Origin: an uncultured Clostridia bacterium
Lineage (GTDB): Bacteria; Bacillota; Clostridia; Lachnospirales; Bianqueaceae
Assembly (NCBI GenBank): GCA_944383515.1
Contig: CALWPV010000026.1
Location: 19,377 to 83,376 of the forward strand
Direction of reading: 5' to 3'
Length of the DNA stretch: 64,000 nucleotides
Both the position numbers and the translations under genes were made by a program. Below, piece by piece: positions 36,546-46,489 of this stretch. The notes under the pieces were generated by a model. That model did no database searches. It saw only the letters and a program-made list of their open reading frames with translations, and was not told the origin of the DNA. Each line of letters begins with the position of its first letter. The first letter of the stretch is position 1.

Positions 36546-37538
36546 TCAGTTCTCTTTCTTTTTGGTTCCGGCCCAAGACGCATGAATTTTAAAACCCGCG
36601 CGCTCATAAATGTGCCGAGCCGGGTTATCTTCCGCCGTAAACAATGTCATATACTGAGCGCCGGCGCGCCGAAATTCCAAACATAAATGGTTAAACAAAA
36701 CCGTAGCCGCTCCATAGCCGCGGTATTGAGAATGGATCGCAATCCCTAAAAAAAAGCCCCGTCCATGCGCATCCGGCACAATCGGGCCCGCAAAACCCAC
36801 TATTTTACCGCCGTCCGAAACAATAAGCATCGGCCGCGGTCCGCCTTCGCGGTTCATTTCAGCCGGAATCTGCCAGTTCCACAAATCATTATTCAGGTCA
36901 TCGACCAGGTCCTGCATACCATAATGCCGCGCAGGATCATACAGTTCAACAGTCAGCCCGCGGGAGTTCATTTTCTCTTCATACCGCGCTAACGAAGCCT
37001 TGGGATATACATAACGCGTTACATCCAGGTGATACGAATTTTGAATCGTAAAATCCTCAAATCCCCGATTTTTCAAAAACAAATGAGCATCGCTTCCCAG
37101 CCTCACGCCCGACGCATTCGGATGCCGATGCCCTTCGGTTCCCGGCAGTACCCAGGTAATATTCATCGGGTTAAAATACGAAACCTCAAGCTCTGTAAAA
37201 GACACTTGCCGCGCGGCGGCAAAACGCTGCATTTCCTGCTCTAATCCAGCCAGCAAAAGAGAGCCGATACCCTCTTGCCGGTAGCCAGGCTCCACCTCAA
37301 TTAAAGTTAAGAAAAACCGTGTTGTAATACTGTCAAGAACCCCGCAAATAAACCCTCTTTGTCTGGCTTCATAGAAAGCAAATACATGATCGCCGCTTTT
37401 AGGCGGCGTTAAAAACAGCGCATGAAAGGCCTCTTGCGTTAGCGGTAAATACAACTGCTCGCCTCGCTGGCTCGCCTTATTATACATTATAAGCGCTTTT
37501 GACGAATTTGTTTTGGTTAAAGGAAAATATTCTTGCAT
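36546..37538 (-). CDS. two-domain GNAT-family N-acetyltransferase
   Basis: It has two acetyl-CoA binding motifs (YRQEGIGSLLL; YRGYGAATVLF). The start was trimmed to the ATG after GGAGG. Confidence 0.75.
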   Translation of the reverse strand: MQEYFPLTKTNSSKALIMYNKASQRGEQLYLPLTQEAFHALFLTPPKSGDHVFAFYEARQRGFICGVLDSITTRFFLTLIEVEPGYRQEGIGSLLLAGLEQEMQRFAAARQVSFTELEVSYFNPMNITWVLPGTEGHRHPNASGVRLGSDAHLFLKNRGFEDFTIQNSYHLDVTRYVYPKASLARYEEKMNSRGLTVELYDPARHYGMQDLVDDLNNDLWNWQIPAEMNREGGPRPMLIVSDGGKIVGFAGPIVPDAHGRGFFLGIAIHSQYRGYGAATVLFNHLCLEFRRAGAQYMTLFTAEDNPARHIYERAGFKIHASWAGTKKKEN

Positions 37539-37554
37539 TTTATCCTCCATTCTC

Positions 37555-37583
37555 TTGACTTTTGGTGAGAGAAATAGTTTAAT
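37555..37583 (+). promoter_or_regulatory. sigma-A promoter candidate for anmK
   Basis: It reads TTGACT-N17-TTTAAT. Confidence 0.35.
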
Positions 37584-37627
37584 AGAACTCGTATATTATA
37601 TCACTTTTTTTTCTGGGAGGTCAACGT

Positions 37628-38806
37628 ATGCTTCAGGATATAATACAAAAAAATGAAAAATTGGTTATTGGTCTCATGAGCGGCACATCAGCCGATGGCG
37701 TTGACGCCGTGCTGGTCCGCATTACCGGACACGGTGTTTTGACCAAAGTGGAGCAGCTTGCCTTTGTAAGCCCACCCTATACCCAGGAGGTTAGAGAACG
37801 GATTCTGCAAATGGCCGGCGGTCAATTTGGCGGCACAAAAGAAGCTTGTTTATTTAATGCCTTCATGGGAGAGCTTTTTGCCGACGCTTGTCTTATGCTC
37901 TGCGAAAAGGCCGGCGTTTCGCCGCAGGATATCGATTTAATTGGTACCCACGGTCAGACCGTATATCATATTCCTACTGCCGAGCCGTATTTGGGGCGCT
38001 CTATTGCAGCTACCCTACAGCTTGGTGAGCCCTCTATTCTTTGCGAACGGATCGGCGCTATTACCGTGTCTGATTTTCGCGTGCGGGATATGGCGGCCGG
38101 CGGGCAGGGTGCGCCGCTCGTTCCGTATACGGAATATATTTTATATAGCGATCCCAACCGGAACGTTGGACTACAAAATATCGGCGGTATCGGAAACATA
38201 ACCATTCTGCCGGCAGGCGGACGCTTAGAAGATCTTTCGGCGTTTGATACCGGCCCCGGTAACATGTTAATCGATGCTGTGGTTTCCCGCATTACCCAGG
38301 GGAAGGCTCGATATGACGAAGGAGGTAAGTTGGCGGCAAGCGGTACGGTTAGCGACGCGCTTCTTCAGACGCTCATGCAGGATCCCTATTTGTATCAGGC
38401 GCCGCCTAAAACAACCGGACGGGAACACTACGACGAGGCCTTTGTCGATCAGATTTTCTCTTACGGTAAAGAGTTAAATCTCTCTGACGCAGACCTGATC
38501 GCGACAACCACCCAGTTTACGGCTTCCAGCATTGCCCACGCCGTATACAACCACTGCCAGCCCCAGCCTGACCGACTGATTGTAGGCGGCGGCGGTAGTT
38601 TAAACGCTACCTTAATGCGCATGATCAAAGAAAGTCTTCCGAAAACAGAGGTTATGACTAACGAAGATCTAGGCCTTGACAGCAGCGCCAAGGAAGCGGT
38701 TGCTTTCGCAATTTTGGCGAATGAAGCCATTTCCGGAGAGTGCAATAATGCACCGGCTGCAACAGGCGCGCACCACCCTGTTATTATGGGCAAAATTTGT
38801 CAATAA
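37628..38806 (+). CDS. anmK: anhydro-N-acetylmuramic acid kinase
   Basis: It contains GLMSGTSADGVD and NIGGIGN, matching the AnmK family across its full length. Confidence 0.9.
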   Translation: MLQDIIQKNEKLVIGLMSGTSADGVDAVLVRITGHGVLTKVEQLAFVSPPYTQEVRERILQMAGGQFGGTKEACLFNAFMGELFADACLMLCEKAGVSPQDIDLIGTHGQTVYHIPTAEPYLGRSIAATLQLGEPSILCERIGAITVSDFRVRDMAAGGQGAPLVPYTEYILYSDPNRNVGLQNIGGIGNITILPAGGRLEDLSAFDTGPGNMLIDAVVSRITQGKARYDEGGKLAASGTVSDALLQTLMQDPYLYQAPPKTTGREHYDEAFVDQIFSYGKELNLSDADLIATTTQFTASSIAHAVYNHCQPQPDRLIVGGGGSLNATLMRMIKESLPKTEVMTNEDLGLDSSAKEAVAFAILANEAISGECNNAPAATGAHHPVIMGKICQ

Positions 38807-38820
38807 GGAGTCTTCTCACT

Positions 38821-39885
38821 ATGTCATTACCGATTCCATCACGCTGCGCAATTTTACTGGAAGAAGCGCTGCAAAACCATGCCTTTTCCGGTGCGGCGCT
38901 TGCCATTGGACGTGGCGAACAGGTTTTTCTAAAACAAACCGTAGGACACGTTTCTTATGAAGAGGGAGCGGCGGAAATTACCGCCGATACCCTCTTCGAT
39001 ATGGCTAGCCTGACTAAAATTTTGTCTACCACATTTTGTGCCTTTCACATGATTCAAGAAGGATCCTTAAGCCTGCTCGACAGCGTTGCCGATTTTTTTG
39101 ATCATGTGCCGGCAGACAAACAGTCCATAACCATACATCACTTATTGACGCATACGAGCGGTCTTCCTTCCGAGCTCCATTTATGGAAGTTATGTCAAAC
39201 GCCCCAGGAAGCTGCGGAAGTGATTCTTCATACGCCGCTCGCCTATCCCACCGGTCAAGGCGTTTCGTATAGCTGTATGGGCTTCATTTTACTAGGTAAA
39301 ATCATGGAAAAAATTACGAGTGAAACGCTGGATCAGCTGGCCCGTGAATGGACATTCGAACCTCTTCGCATGCACCATACCGGATATCTTCCCCTAGCGA
39401 ATGAACTCACCAATGATCCGGCTAACATCGCTCTGACTGAATCTATGACGCTAATGGGACCCGGACAGCCGGGCGTGGTACACGACGAAAATGCACGCTT
39501 TTTGGGCGGTATTTCCGGCAACGCCGGCGTGTTCTCTACCTTAAACGATATGATCCGTTTTGCCGCCATGCTGTCCCGTGAGGGCCGTCCTCTGGTCTCG
39601 GCCCGGTTAATGCATTTAGCCAGCCAAAACTATACGCCCGGAACCGACGAAAACCGTGGACTGGGCTTTCAGCTGAGCGGACCGGCGCCTACTTTCTTTG
39701 GCGATCTGTTTGGCAACGCGGGCATCGGACACACTGGATTTACCGGTACTTCGCTGGCATTAGATCGTGACAGCGGCGTTTATGTGATTTTATTAACCAA
39801 CCGGGTGCACCCCACAAGGGATAATCAGCAGCTCACCCGGCTGCGTCACCTCATTCATAACGCCGCCATAAGCGAGTTTACGTAA
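38821..39885 (+). CDS. serine hydrolase of the beta-lactamase/PBP4* family
   Basis: It has an SxxK motif (SLTK), a YS motif and an HTG(F) motif. The start was trimmed to the ATG after AAGGAG. Confidence 0.8.
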   Translation: MSLPIPSRCAILLEEALQNHAFSGAALAIGRGEQVFLKQTVGHVSYEEGAAEITADTLFDMASLTKILSTTFCAFHMIQEGSLSLLDSVADFFDHVPADKQSITIHHLLTHTSGLPSELHLWKLCQTPQEAAEVILHTPLAYPTGQGVSYSCMGFILLGKIMEKITSETLDQLAREWTFEPLRMHHTGYLPLANELTNDPANIALTESMTLMGPGQPGVVHDENARFLGGISGNAGVFSTLNDMIRFAAMLSREGRPLVSARLMHLASQNYTPGTDENRGLGFQLSGPAPTFFGDLFGNAGIGHTGFTGTSLALDRDSGVYVILLTNRVHPTRDNQQLTRLRHLIHNAAISEFT

Positions 39886-39937
39886 AAAAGTACCCTAGAG
39901 AACGCTCCAGGGCACTATATAGCGCTTCATTGTATCC

Positions 39938-39974
39938 ATCGCTCTGCGCCTACCTCAGGTGCAGGGCGATTTTA
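39938..39974 (+). terminator. probable terminator after the serine hydrolase gene
   Basis: A 13-bp stem ATCGCTCTGCGCC/GGTGCAGGGCGAT (including wobble pairs) is followed by TTTTA. The T-run is short. Confidence 0.5.
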
Positions 39975-40709
39975 ATATTCTACTTCCATTAGCATTAAGC
40001 CTCCGGGAGGCGCGGTAAACCCAGCGTTGCGCCGGTCTTTTCCCGCCAGCATAGCTGGCACGTCTGAGGGATTTTTCTCTCCCATGCCAATTTCAATCAG
40101 AGTTCCCACAATAATGCGAACCATGTTATATAAAAATCCGTTGCCGGTTATGGTAATGCGAATTTCTGGTTCCAGCACCTCAATGTGAATCTCATACAGA
40201 ACGCGCACCGTAGATTTTTTCATGCGGCGATTGGAGCAAAAGGCACGAAAATCATGTTCGCCCAAAAAGTACAGCGCCGCTTCTTTCATGCGGTCAACAT
40301 CAAGCTTGTCCGTAACCTCATAAACCAGCTGCTTTTCAAATACGTTAGAAATATCGCTATTCCAAATGCGGTACTGATACGTTTTGCTTTTCACATGAAA
40401 CCGGCTATGAAACCGCTCCGAAACCTTTTTCACTTCTGTAACCGCAATATCCTTAGGAAGGTACTGATTTAAATAATGAAGCATGGTTTCCTCCGGCATA
40501 TCGGTTTCCGCATGAAAATTGGCAATTTGCCCATACGCATGCGCCCCTGCATCGGTTCGCCCAGAACCAATAATTTCAATCGGCGTACCGAGTAGCCGGC
40601 TTAATACAGCTTCTATTTTACCCTGAATTGTATTCTCCGTATTGCCCTGGCGCTGCCAGCCATTATAACGCGTTCCCAAGTATTGAATGGTGAGTCGGTA
40701 ATTCGTCAT
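39972..40709 (-). CDS. truA: tRNA pseudouridine(38-40) synthase
   Basis: It contains YLGTRYNGWQRQ and the catalytic GSGRTDAGAHA. Confidence 0.95.
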   Translation of the reverse strand: MTNYRLTIQYLGTRYNGWQRQGNTENTIQGKIEAVLSRLLGTPIEIIGSGRTDAGAHAYGQIANFHAETDMPEETMLHYLNQYLPKDIAVTEVKKVSERFHSRFHVKSKTYQYRIWNSDISNVFEKQLVYEVTDKLDVDRMKEAALYFLGEHDFRAFCSNRRMKKSTVRVLYEIHIEVLEPEIRITITGNGFLYNMVRIIVGTLIEIGMGEKNPSDVPAMLAGKDRRNAGFTAPPGGLMLMEVEY

Positions 40710-40726
40710 GATATGCTGCGCCCGCC

Positions 40727-41944
40727 TTATGACCTATGAATAAAAACAGGCAAGCCTTCTCGCATGGGCGGCATGGATTCTCCCTGAATTAAGGGGTACA
40801 CATACTCAATAAAGGCCTTGTCTAAATCTGTACCTTCCTTGGTGATCCAGGCAGCGGGTACCAACTTTTCTTGATTACAAACCTGATTCACGTCAACGCC
40901 TTCGTAGGTTATGGTATACGGATCCGCTGAGCTTCTTCGCATACTCACCATGAGCCCGCTCTTTCCTTTCAGCGCTAACCGAACTCCTTCCTGTCCGCAT
41001 AGATCTGCCTCGTCTACGTCTACCAGAGACGCCATAGTGGCACTGCACCGCTGCGTAATATTCAGCTCTACCGAACGCACTTTAATGCCCAATCGATCTT
41101 TAATTATATTCTCTAAAACTTTGCCACAGCCCGTTAAATTTTTATGTCCAAATACATCGGCCCCGATTTCTTTTTCATACTCACAGATCAGGCGCCCCTC
41201 GGCATCATGAATGCCTTCAGAAACACAAATAATAATGTTTTTCTTCACAAGCAAAAGCGCTTGCAGCCGGCTTAGCATCGCTTCTATGTCAAAAGCGGTT
41301 TCCGGCAGATAGATAAGAACCGGATTGTCGCCCTCAAAACGCCGCGCCAATACGGAAGCGGCTGTTAGCCACCCGGCAGCACGTCCCATAATTTCAATAA
41401 TCGTTACCGACTGCGTACTATATACTTCGGAATCCATGACCATTTGCCGTACCATGGCCGCTACATATTTAGCCGCACTGCCAAACCCGGGCGTATGATC
41501 CGTCAGTACCAGGTCATTGTCAATGGTTTTAGGAACCCCAAGGAACCGAATATCGCTGCCTATTTTATTTCCATACCGAGAAAGCTTGCTTACCGTATCC
41601 ATGGAATCATTTCCGCCGATATAAAGCACATAACCAATCTGATATTTTTGCAGTTTCTCAAAAATAAGGGGATACACCGCGTCGTCTAAATTCTCCGGTA
41701 ATTTATAACGGCAAGAGCCCAAATACGCTGCTGGAGTAGTACGCCACAGCCGAGCCTGCTCTTCCGGTAACGCGGTTAAATCTAATATATGTTCCTCTAG
41801 AAAGCCACTGATCCCATTTACCATACCATAAATGGTCCCAATCGCCTCCGGGTGTGCCTTTCCTTCTTTCCAAACTCCGTACAGACTGCTGTTTATTACT
41901 GCGGTAGGACCACCGGATTGCCCTACAAGTATATTTCGTTTCAT
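40727..41944 (-). CDS. phosphofructokinase, probably pyrophosphate-dependent
   Basis: It belongs to the PFK family (GQSGGPTAVINSS, GGNDS, PKTIDNDL). The start was trimmed to the ATG after GGGAGA. Confidence 0.85.
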   Translation of the reverse strand: MKRNILVGQSGGPTAVINSSLYGVWKEGKAHPEAIGTIYGMVNGISGFLEEHILDLTALPEEQARLWRTTPAAYLGSCRYKLPENLDDAVYPLIFEKLQKYQIGYVLYIGGNDSMDTVSKLSRYGNKIGSDIRFLGVPKTIDNDLVLTDHTPGFGSAAKYVAAMVRQMVMDSEVYSTQSVTIIEIMGRAAGWLTAASVLARRFEGDNPVLIYLPETAFDIEAMLSRLQALLLVKKNIIICVSEGIHDAEGRLICEYEKEIGADVFGHKNLTGCGKVLENIIKDRLGIKVRSVELNITQRCSATMASLVDVDEADLCGQEGVRLALKGKSGLMVSMRRSSADPYTITYEGVDVNQVCNQEKLVPAAWITKEGTDLDKAFIEYVYPLIQGESMPPMREGLPVFIHRS

Positions 41945-42147
41945 TTTTATTCTCCCTTCCGGAGCGTTAGTGAAGGAAAGGCGAAAAGAGATCATTTCGC
42001 CAAAAAGTCCGGGTAACGCTCCAACACAAACTACCTTTGCTCTTGTTATTATACGAAAAGGCTAGAATAAAGTCAATTTGTGAAAGAAAAAAATTGAAAT
42101 TTCATCTTGACAAATGCTCCAAAATGTATTATTATAATTAAGCATTT

Positions 42148-42220
42148 GCTTCCATGGCTCAGTCGGTAGAGCGACGCACTCGTAATGCGTAGGTCATCGG
42201 TTCGAATCCGATTGGAAGCT
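42148..42220 (+). tRNA. tRNA-Thr (anticodon CGT), with no encoded CCA
   Basis: A manual cloverleaf fits: acceptor GCTTCCA/TGGAAGC, D arm GCTC/GAGC, anticodon stem ACGCA/TGCGT with loop CTCGTAA, and T arm ATCGG-TTCGAAT-CCGAT. Confidence 0.93.
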
Positions 42221-42284
42221 TTTTTTATTGCTCATTTTAGCCGTTCCTTTTGTTCGGCTGTAAAAACTAAATTTTTATACTACA

Positions 42285-42325
42285 AAAGAGGGCGTCCCCC
42301 CAGGGGATACCCTCTTTACTTTTTT
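42285..42325. terminator. bidirectional terminator (tRNA-Thr on + and dapA on -)
   Basis: The stem AAAGAGGG...CCCTCTTT has an inner TCCCC/GGGGA helix. T-rich tracts follow on both strands. Confidence 0.65.
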
Positions 42326-42373
42326 AGCTCACTGCCTTTTTGGTGCGTTTACTGCACGGTATGGGCAGCCGAA

Positions 42374-43258
42374 TTAAGCAATCAATCCATACGATTGCAT
42401 AACCGAAATTAAGTTCTGCTTTGTCTTCTCCTGCATGGTTGTAAGAGGCAAACGACACTGGCCAACCTGCATGCCCATTTGATTCATGGCTTCTTTCACC
42501 GGAATCGGGCTGGTTTCTGAAAACAGGGCCTGAATCAACGGTAAAACCTCAACCTGAAGGCGCCCTGCTTTAGCGTAATCGCCCTCTAAGCAGGCATGCA
42601 TCATGTCAGATACCTTAGCAGGCACTAAGTTTGCGAGTACAGAAATAACGCCGCGACCGCCCAAACTCATTAACGGAACAGCCAGCGCATCCTCTCCGGA
42701 ATAAACCTGAATGTCCGGTCCGCCTAAGCGAATGAGCTCGCCTACCTGGTCAAAATTACATTCTTTAACGCCAACAACATTGTCGCACCGCTCCATCAAC
42801 GTCACTACCGTAGACGGAGCCATATTCATACCGGTTCTTCCCGGTACATTGTATAGAATTACCGGTACCGATACCGCTTTGGCAATGTATGAAAAATGCT
42901 CCACCAATCCCTGCTGCGTTGTTTTATTGTAATAAGGGGTAACACTTAATAAAGCATCGACTCCTACCTGTTCTGCCATAGCGCTCAGCTGCGCGCCGTG
43001 TCTTGTGTCGTTGGAGCCGCATCCGGCAATAACCGGAATCCTATGCTGTACGGTATCAACTGTATGCCGAATTACCTCGATCTGTTCCTCATCCGTCATT
43101 ACGGATGCCTCACCGGTAGTACCGGTAATAATAATAGCATCCGTTCCGCCCTGAATTTGGAATTCGATCAATGCATCCAGTTTTTGAAAATCGACGCCAG
43201 TTTCATTAAATGGGGTAATCAATGCTACGCCGGATCCTTGAAACACCGACTTTGCCAT
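42374..43258 (-). CDS. dapA: 4-hydroxy-tetrahydrodipicolinate synthase
   Basis: It contains GSGVALITPF and GTTGE, with the Schiff-base Lys in the VGVKE region. Confidence 0.95.
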   Translation of the reverse strand: MAKSVFQGSGVALITPFNETGVDFQKLDALIEFQIQGGTDAIIITGTTGEASVMTDEEQIEVIRHTVDTVQHRIPVIAGCGSNDTRHGAQLSAMAEQVGVDALLSVTPYYNKTTQQGLVEHFSYIAKAVSVPVILYNVPGRTGMNMAPSTVVTLMERCDNVVGVKECNFDQVGELIRLGGPDIQVYSGEDALAVPLMSLGGRGVISVLANLVPAKVSDMMHACLEGDYAKAGRLQVEVLPLIQALFSETSPIPVKEAMNQMGMQVGQCRLPLTTMQEKTKQNLISVMQSYGLIA

Positions 43259-43284
43259 ACTATCTCCTCCTTAACTGACTAACC

Positions 43285-43854
43285 TTAATTGGCTCTTCCT
43301 AAATATTCTCCGGTACGTGTGTCGATTTTGATTTTGCTGCCAATGTTGATAAACAAAGGAACATTGATAGTTGCTCCCGTTTCCAGGGTAGCCGGTTTCA
43401 TAACGTTGGTGGCTGTATCGCCTTTAATACCGGGTTCCGTATGCGTAACTTCCAGTTCTACAAATAACGGCGGCTCAACCCCAAATACTTCGCCATTATG
43501 AGACAGAATTTTAACCTTTTCATTTTCTTTGACAAAACGAAGCGCGTCTCCCAGCTGATCTTTATTCAGACCAATCTGCTCGTATGTTTCGGTATCCATG
43601 AAGTAGAACAGGTCTCCGTCATTATATAAATACTCCATGTCCTTACGATCGATATGCGCGCGATCTACTTTTTCAGTAGGTCTGAATGTACGCTCAATAA
43701 CGCCGCCATCGATAATGTTTTTAAGTTTAGTACGAACAAATGCCGCTCCTTTACCAGGTTTTACATGTTGAAACTCGATTATCGTATAAATATTTCCTTC
43801 CAATTCAATTGTTACGCCATTTCTGAATTCACCAGCGCTCAGTACGTCTGCCAT
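43285..43854 (-). CDS. efp: elongation factor P
   Basis: It contains [19 protein letters not shown] and matches EF-P across its full length. Confidence 0.97.
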   Translation of the reverse strand: MADVLSAGEFRNGVTIELEGNIYTIIEFQHVKPGKGAAFVRTKLKNIIDGGVIERTFRPTEKVDRAHIDRKDMEYLYNDGDLFYFMDTETYEQIGLNKDQLGDALRFVKENEKVKILSHNGEVFGVEPPLFVELEVTHTEPGIKGDTATNVMKPATLETGATINVPLFINIGSKIKIDTRTGEYLGRAN

Positions 43855-44001
43855 AATTGATTCCTCCTAATTTTTTCCTTTTCGTGTACGTTAAAAACGT
43901 AAAGTATATACTGCTTAAGGACGCATACGTTCGGGTATATCCCCCCCGAACCTATGGTAACACCGTCTGAATCTATAGTTTACCTGATTCCCTGTCATTT
44001 T

Positions 44002-45027
44002 TCAACTGTTTTTTTTGAAAAATTCCGCTAACCGCGCAAAAGCGGCTTCATACGAAGCAAACCCCAGCCCGCTTACCTGATCGATACAAACCGGCCGGGT
44101 CACGCTAATGTGCCGAAACTCTTCTCTCTCTTGTATCTCGGACAGATGAACTTCGACAGCTGGAAGCCGCTCCGCGACAGAGGCCAGCGCATCTCGCAGC
44201 GTATAACTATAATGCGTTAGCGCGCCAGGATTGATTACCAAGCCATCTACGCCTTCGCGGTACGCATCTTGAATCCAGTCTACGAGTTCGCCTTCGTAAT
44301 TCGATTGCAAGCACCGAACCGTAAAGCCATAGGAAATACCTGCTTCTTTTACATAGGCCACCAGCGCCGCGTAATTTTCCGTACCGTAAACCGCCGGCTC
44401 ACGGATGCCTAAAAAATTCAAATTAGGACCATTTAATACCCATATGGTTTTACAAGCAGCCGCTTCCTGCTCCTGTATTTTCCTCTCCTGCTCTGCCAGG
44501 TTCTCTACCGTTTCTTCTATAGTATATTCTTTCGCTTCACCCATGCTCTGATTCTCCCATTTTTGTGTTGCCACCCATGCATACCAGGGTTTTCTTTGCG
44601 CTAATAACGCTGCAATTTTGTTGTACTTTTCCTGATCCGTTAAACCTTCTAGCAGCGGCCTAGTATGATCGCAGGCCAGTCTTCGGTATATGGCCTCGGC
44701 ATCGGCGTCCAGCCACAAAACCCGCGCGCCATATTTTTGCAGTAACCGGCTATTAGCTGTCTGCACCGGCGTACCGCCTCCTAAGGCTATAATATGCCCC
44801 TGTTTCAATAATAGTTCCGCTAAAAGCTCTGTCTCTTTTTCTCGAAAATAGGCCTCCCCTTTTTCTGCAAAAATTTGCGACACCGACCGTCCTTCTCTTT
44901 TTTCCAGCTCCTGGTCCATGTCACAAAATTTTTTTCCGCAGGCGTTAGCCAGCTTCTGTCCAATCGTAGTTTTTCCCGATCCCATAAAGCCCATTAAAAA
45001 CAGATTTTCTTCTTGCCCTTTATTCAC
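44002..45027 (-). CDS. fusion protein of shikimate kinase (N-terminal) and type II 3-dehydroquinate dehydratase (C-terminal)
   Basis: The AroK half has Walker A GFMGSGKTT. The C-terminal half is VLNGPNLNFLGIREPAVYG...INPGALTHYSY...EVHLSEIQEREEFRH (AroQ). I prefer the GTG start, which lies 8 nt after AGGAG. Confidence 0.85.
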   Translation of the reverse strand: MNKGQEENLFLMGFMGSGKTTIGQKLANACGKKFCDMDQELEKREGRSVSQIFAEKGEAYFREKETELLAELLLKQGHIIALGGGTPVQTANSRLLQKYGARVLWLDADAEAIYRRLACDHTRPLLEGLTDQEKYNKIAALLAQRKPWYAWVATQKWENQSMGEAKEYTIEETVENLAEQERKIQEQEAAACKTIWVLNGPNLNFLGIREPAVYGTENYAALVAYVKEAGISYGFTVRCLQSNYEGELVDWIQDAYREGVDGLVINPGALTHYSYTLRDALASVAERLPAVEVHLSEIQEREEFRHISVTRPVCIDQVSGLGFASYEAAFARLAEFFKKNS

Positions 45028-46450
45028 CGCCAATTCTCCTTTTAGCCATCATTTGAAACCGTGCATGCATATGCTCTCTCTGCTTGGGAGTAAACTCCTG
45101 GCCCGTCCAAATCTCATATGAACGCAGGCCCTGGTAAAAGAGCATAGACAAACCGCCTACCGCCAGCCCGCCATGCTCTTTCACCTTGCGGCAAAATGCC
45201 GTTTCCAGCGGATTAAAAACCATATCAGCCGCATACTGAATGGGCGCATAAAAGGCCTCCTGCTCCACAGGCAGCCCTTCAACCTGCGGATACATGCCCG
45301 CAGAAGTCGTTTGCAGCACAATAGGAAACGCTTCTTTTTCTAAGTCCGCTTGATTCAGTACGCGGATTTTCATAGCCAGAGGCCGATTAAGCCGCCGTAA
45401 ATTCTCTGTAAATGTCTGCTCTAATTGCTGCGCCCGCTCCTGCGTGCGATTATAAATCATGACTTCTTGCGCTCCTTGCAAATAGCAAACCGTTAACGCG
45501 CTGCAAGCCGCGCCTCCGGCCCCTAAAATCAACACGCGATTACCCTTAATGGGGAAATGATGCATGGTAAGCAGCTGCGTAAATCCGTCGACATCGGTAT
45601 TGAATCCTTTATAGCCTTTTTCCGTCCATTGGAGCGTATTCACCGCTCCCACAAGCTGCGCGCTATAATCTAAATCGCAAACATAAGACATAACCGCCTG
45701 CTTATGCGGAATCGTTACATTAATGCCCCGAATGCCCAGCTGATGCGCTCCCTGCACCGCACACTCCAAACCGTCCGGCAAAACATGAAACGGTACATAC
45801 GCAAAGTTATCGCCCCGCAGATCAATAAAAATCTGGTGAATCATAGGCGAAAACGTATGCGCAATGGGGTCGCCAATCACGGCCAAAAGCTGCGTGGAGC
45901 CGTCGACTCGCATAATAGCTTTCTTTTCCCGGTATCTCCGGATCCGTGTTTTTAAATTAAGCTGCATTTTGGCAATCATAATCCGCTCTAACCCGCGTTT
46001 TACCTTGGTAATCGCTTCGTCTCGCTCTTCCGAAATTGGTTTGACCAAGATACTATAAATCTTCCCTCGATTGCCGGCCCAAACATCCGTAAAAATTTGA
46101 TCTCCAATAATTGCTAGCTGGGACGATTCCAGCTTCGTTCGATTTTGAATTTTTACAATATTGGTAGGAAATGGCTTATGGGCCTTCCAAACGGCGGGTA
46201 CCTTTAATTTCTGAGCAAAAGAAAGTACTCTCTCTTTCTTGCCGTTAGAAATAATCCATATTGAAAATCCAGCTTCACGCAGCTCGTCCATCAGCTCCTC
46301 TGTGGATTGATTCGGCAATGGATCGTCATACGGAGCCAGCGTATTGTCAATGTCAAAGAGTAGCCCCCGAATTCCATTTTCCCAAAGCTCTTCATAATCT
46401 ACATCAAAAATGGAAGATACATACTCCCGCGGCCTAAATGTATCGAACAT
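45020..46450 (-). CDS. fusion protein of a YqeG-type HAD-IIIA phosphatase (N-terminal) and shikimate dehydrogenase (C-terminal)
   Basis: The N-terminal half has LLFDIDNTL and IGDQIFTDV (HAD). The C-terminal half has VIGDPIAHTFSPMIHQ, GINVTIPHK and a GAGGAA Rossmann motif (AroE). Confidence 0.85.
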   Translation of the reverse strand: MFDTFRPREYVSSIFDVDYEELWENGIRGLLFDIDNTLAPYDDPLPNQSTEELMDELREAGFSIWIISNGKKERVLSFAQKLKVPAVWKAHKPFPTNIVKIQNRTKLESSQLAIIGDQIFTDVWAGNRGKIYSILVKPISEERDEAITKVKRGLERIMIAKMQLNLKTRIRRYREKKAIMRVDGSTQLLAVIGDPIAHTFSPMIHQIFIDLRGDNFAYVPFHVLPDGLECAVQGAHQLGIRGINVTIPHKQAVMSYVCDLDYSAQLVGAVNTLQWTEKGYKGFNTDVDGFTQLLTMHHFPIKGNRVLILGAGGAACSALTVCYLQGAQEVMIYNRTQERAQQLEQTFTENLRRLNRPLAMKIRVLNQADLEKEAFPIVLQTTSAGMYPQVEGLPVEQEAFYAPIQYAADMVFNPLETAFCRKVKEHGGLAVGGLSMLFYQGLRSYEIWTGQEFTPKQREHMHARFQMMAKRRIGGE

Positions 46451-46489
46451 ACTTCTCTCCTCTCCCCCTATATAGGTTCAGCAATCGCA

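Noticed and set aside
42148-42220. tRNA-Thr as an integration hotspot with adjacent foreign DNA.
   Set aside because: Both flanks are core metabolism genes (pfk, dapA/efp) with normal composition. There is no integrase and no direct repeat of the tRNA 3' end.
43855-44001. Possible riboswitch or leader in the 147-nt spacer upstream of efp, and a possible lysine riboswitch upstream of dapA.
   Set aside because: Only weak 6-7-bp hairpins are present and I recognise no conserved riboswitch core. dapA follows efp after 26 nt, which leaves no room for an L-box.
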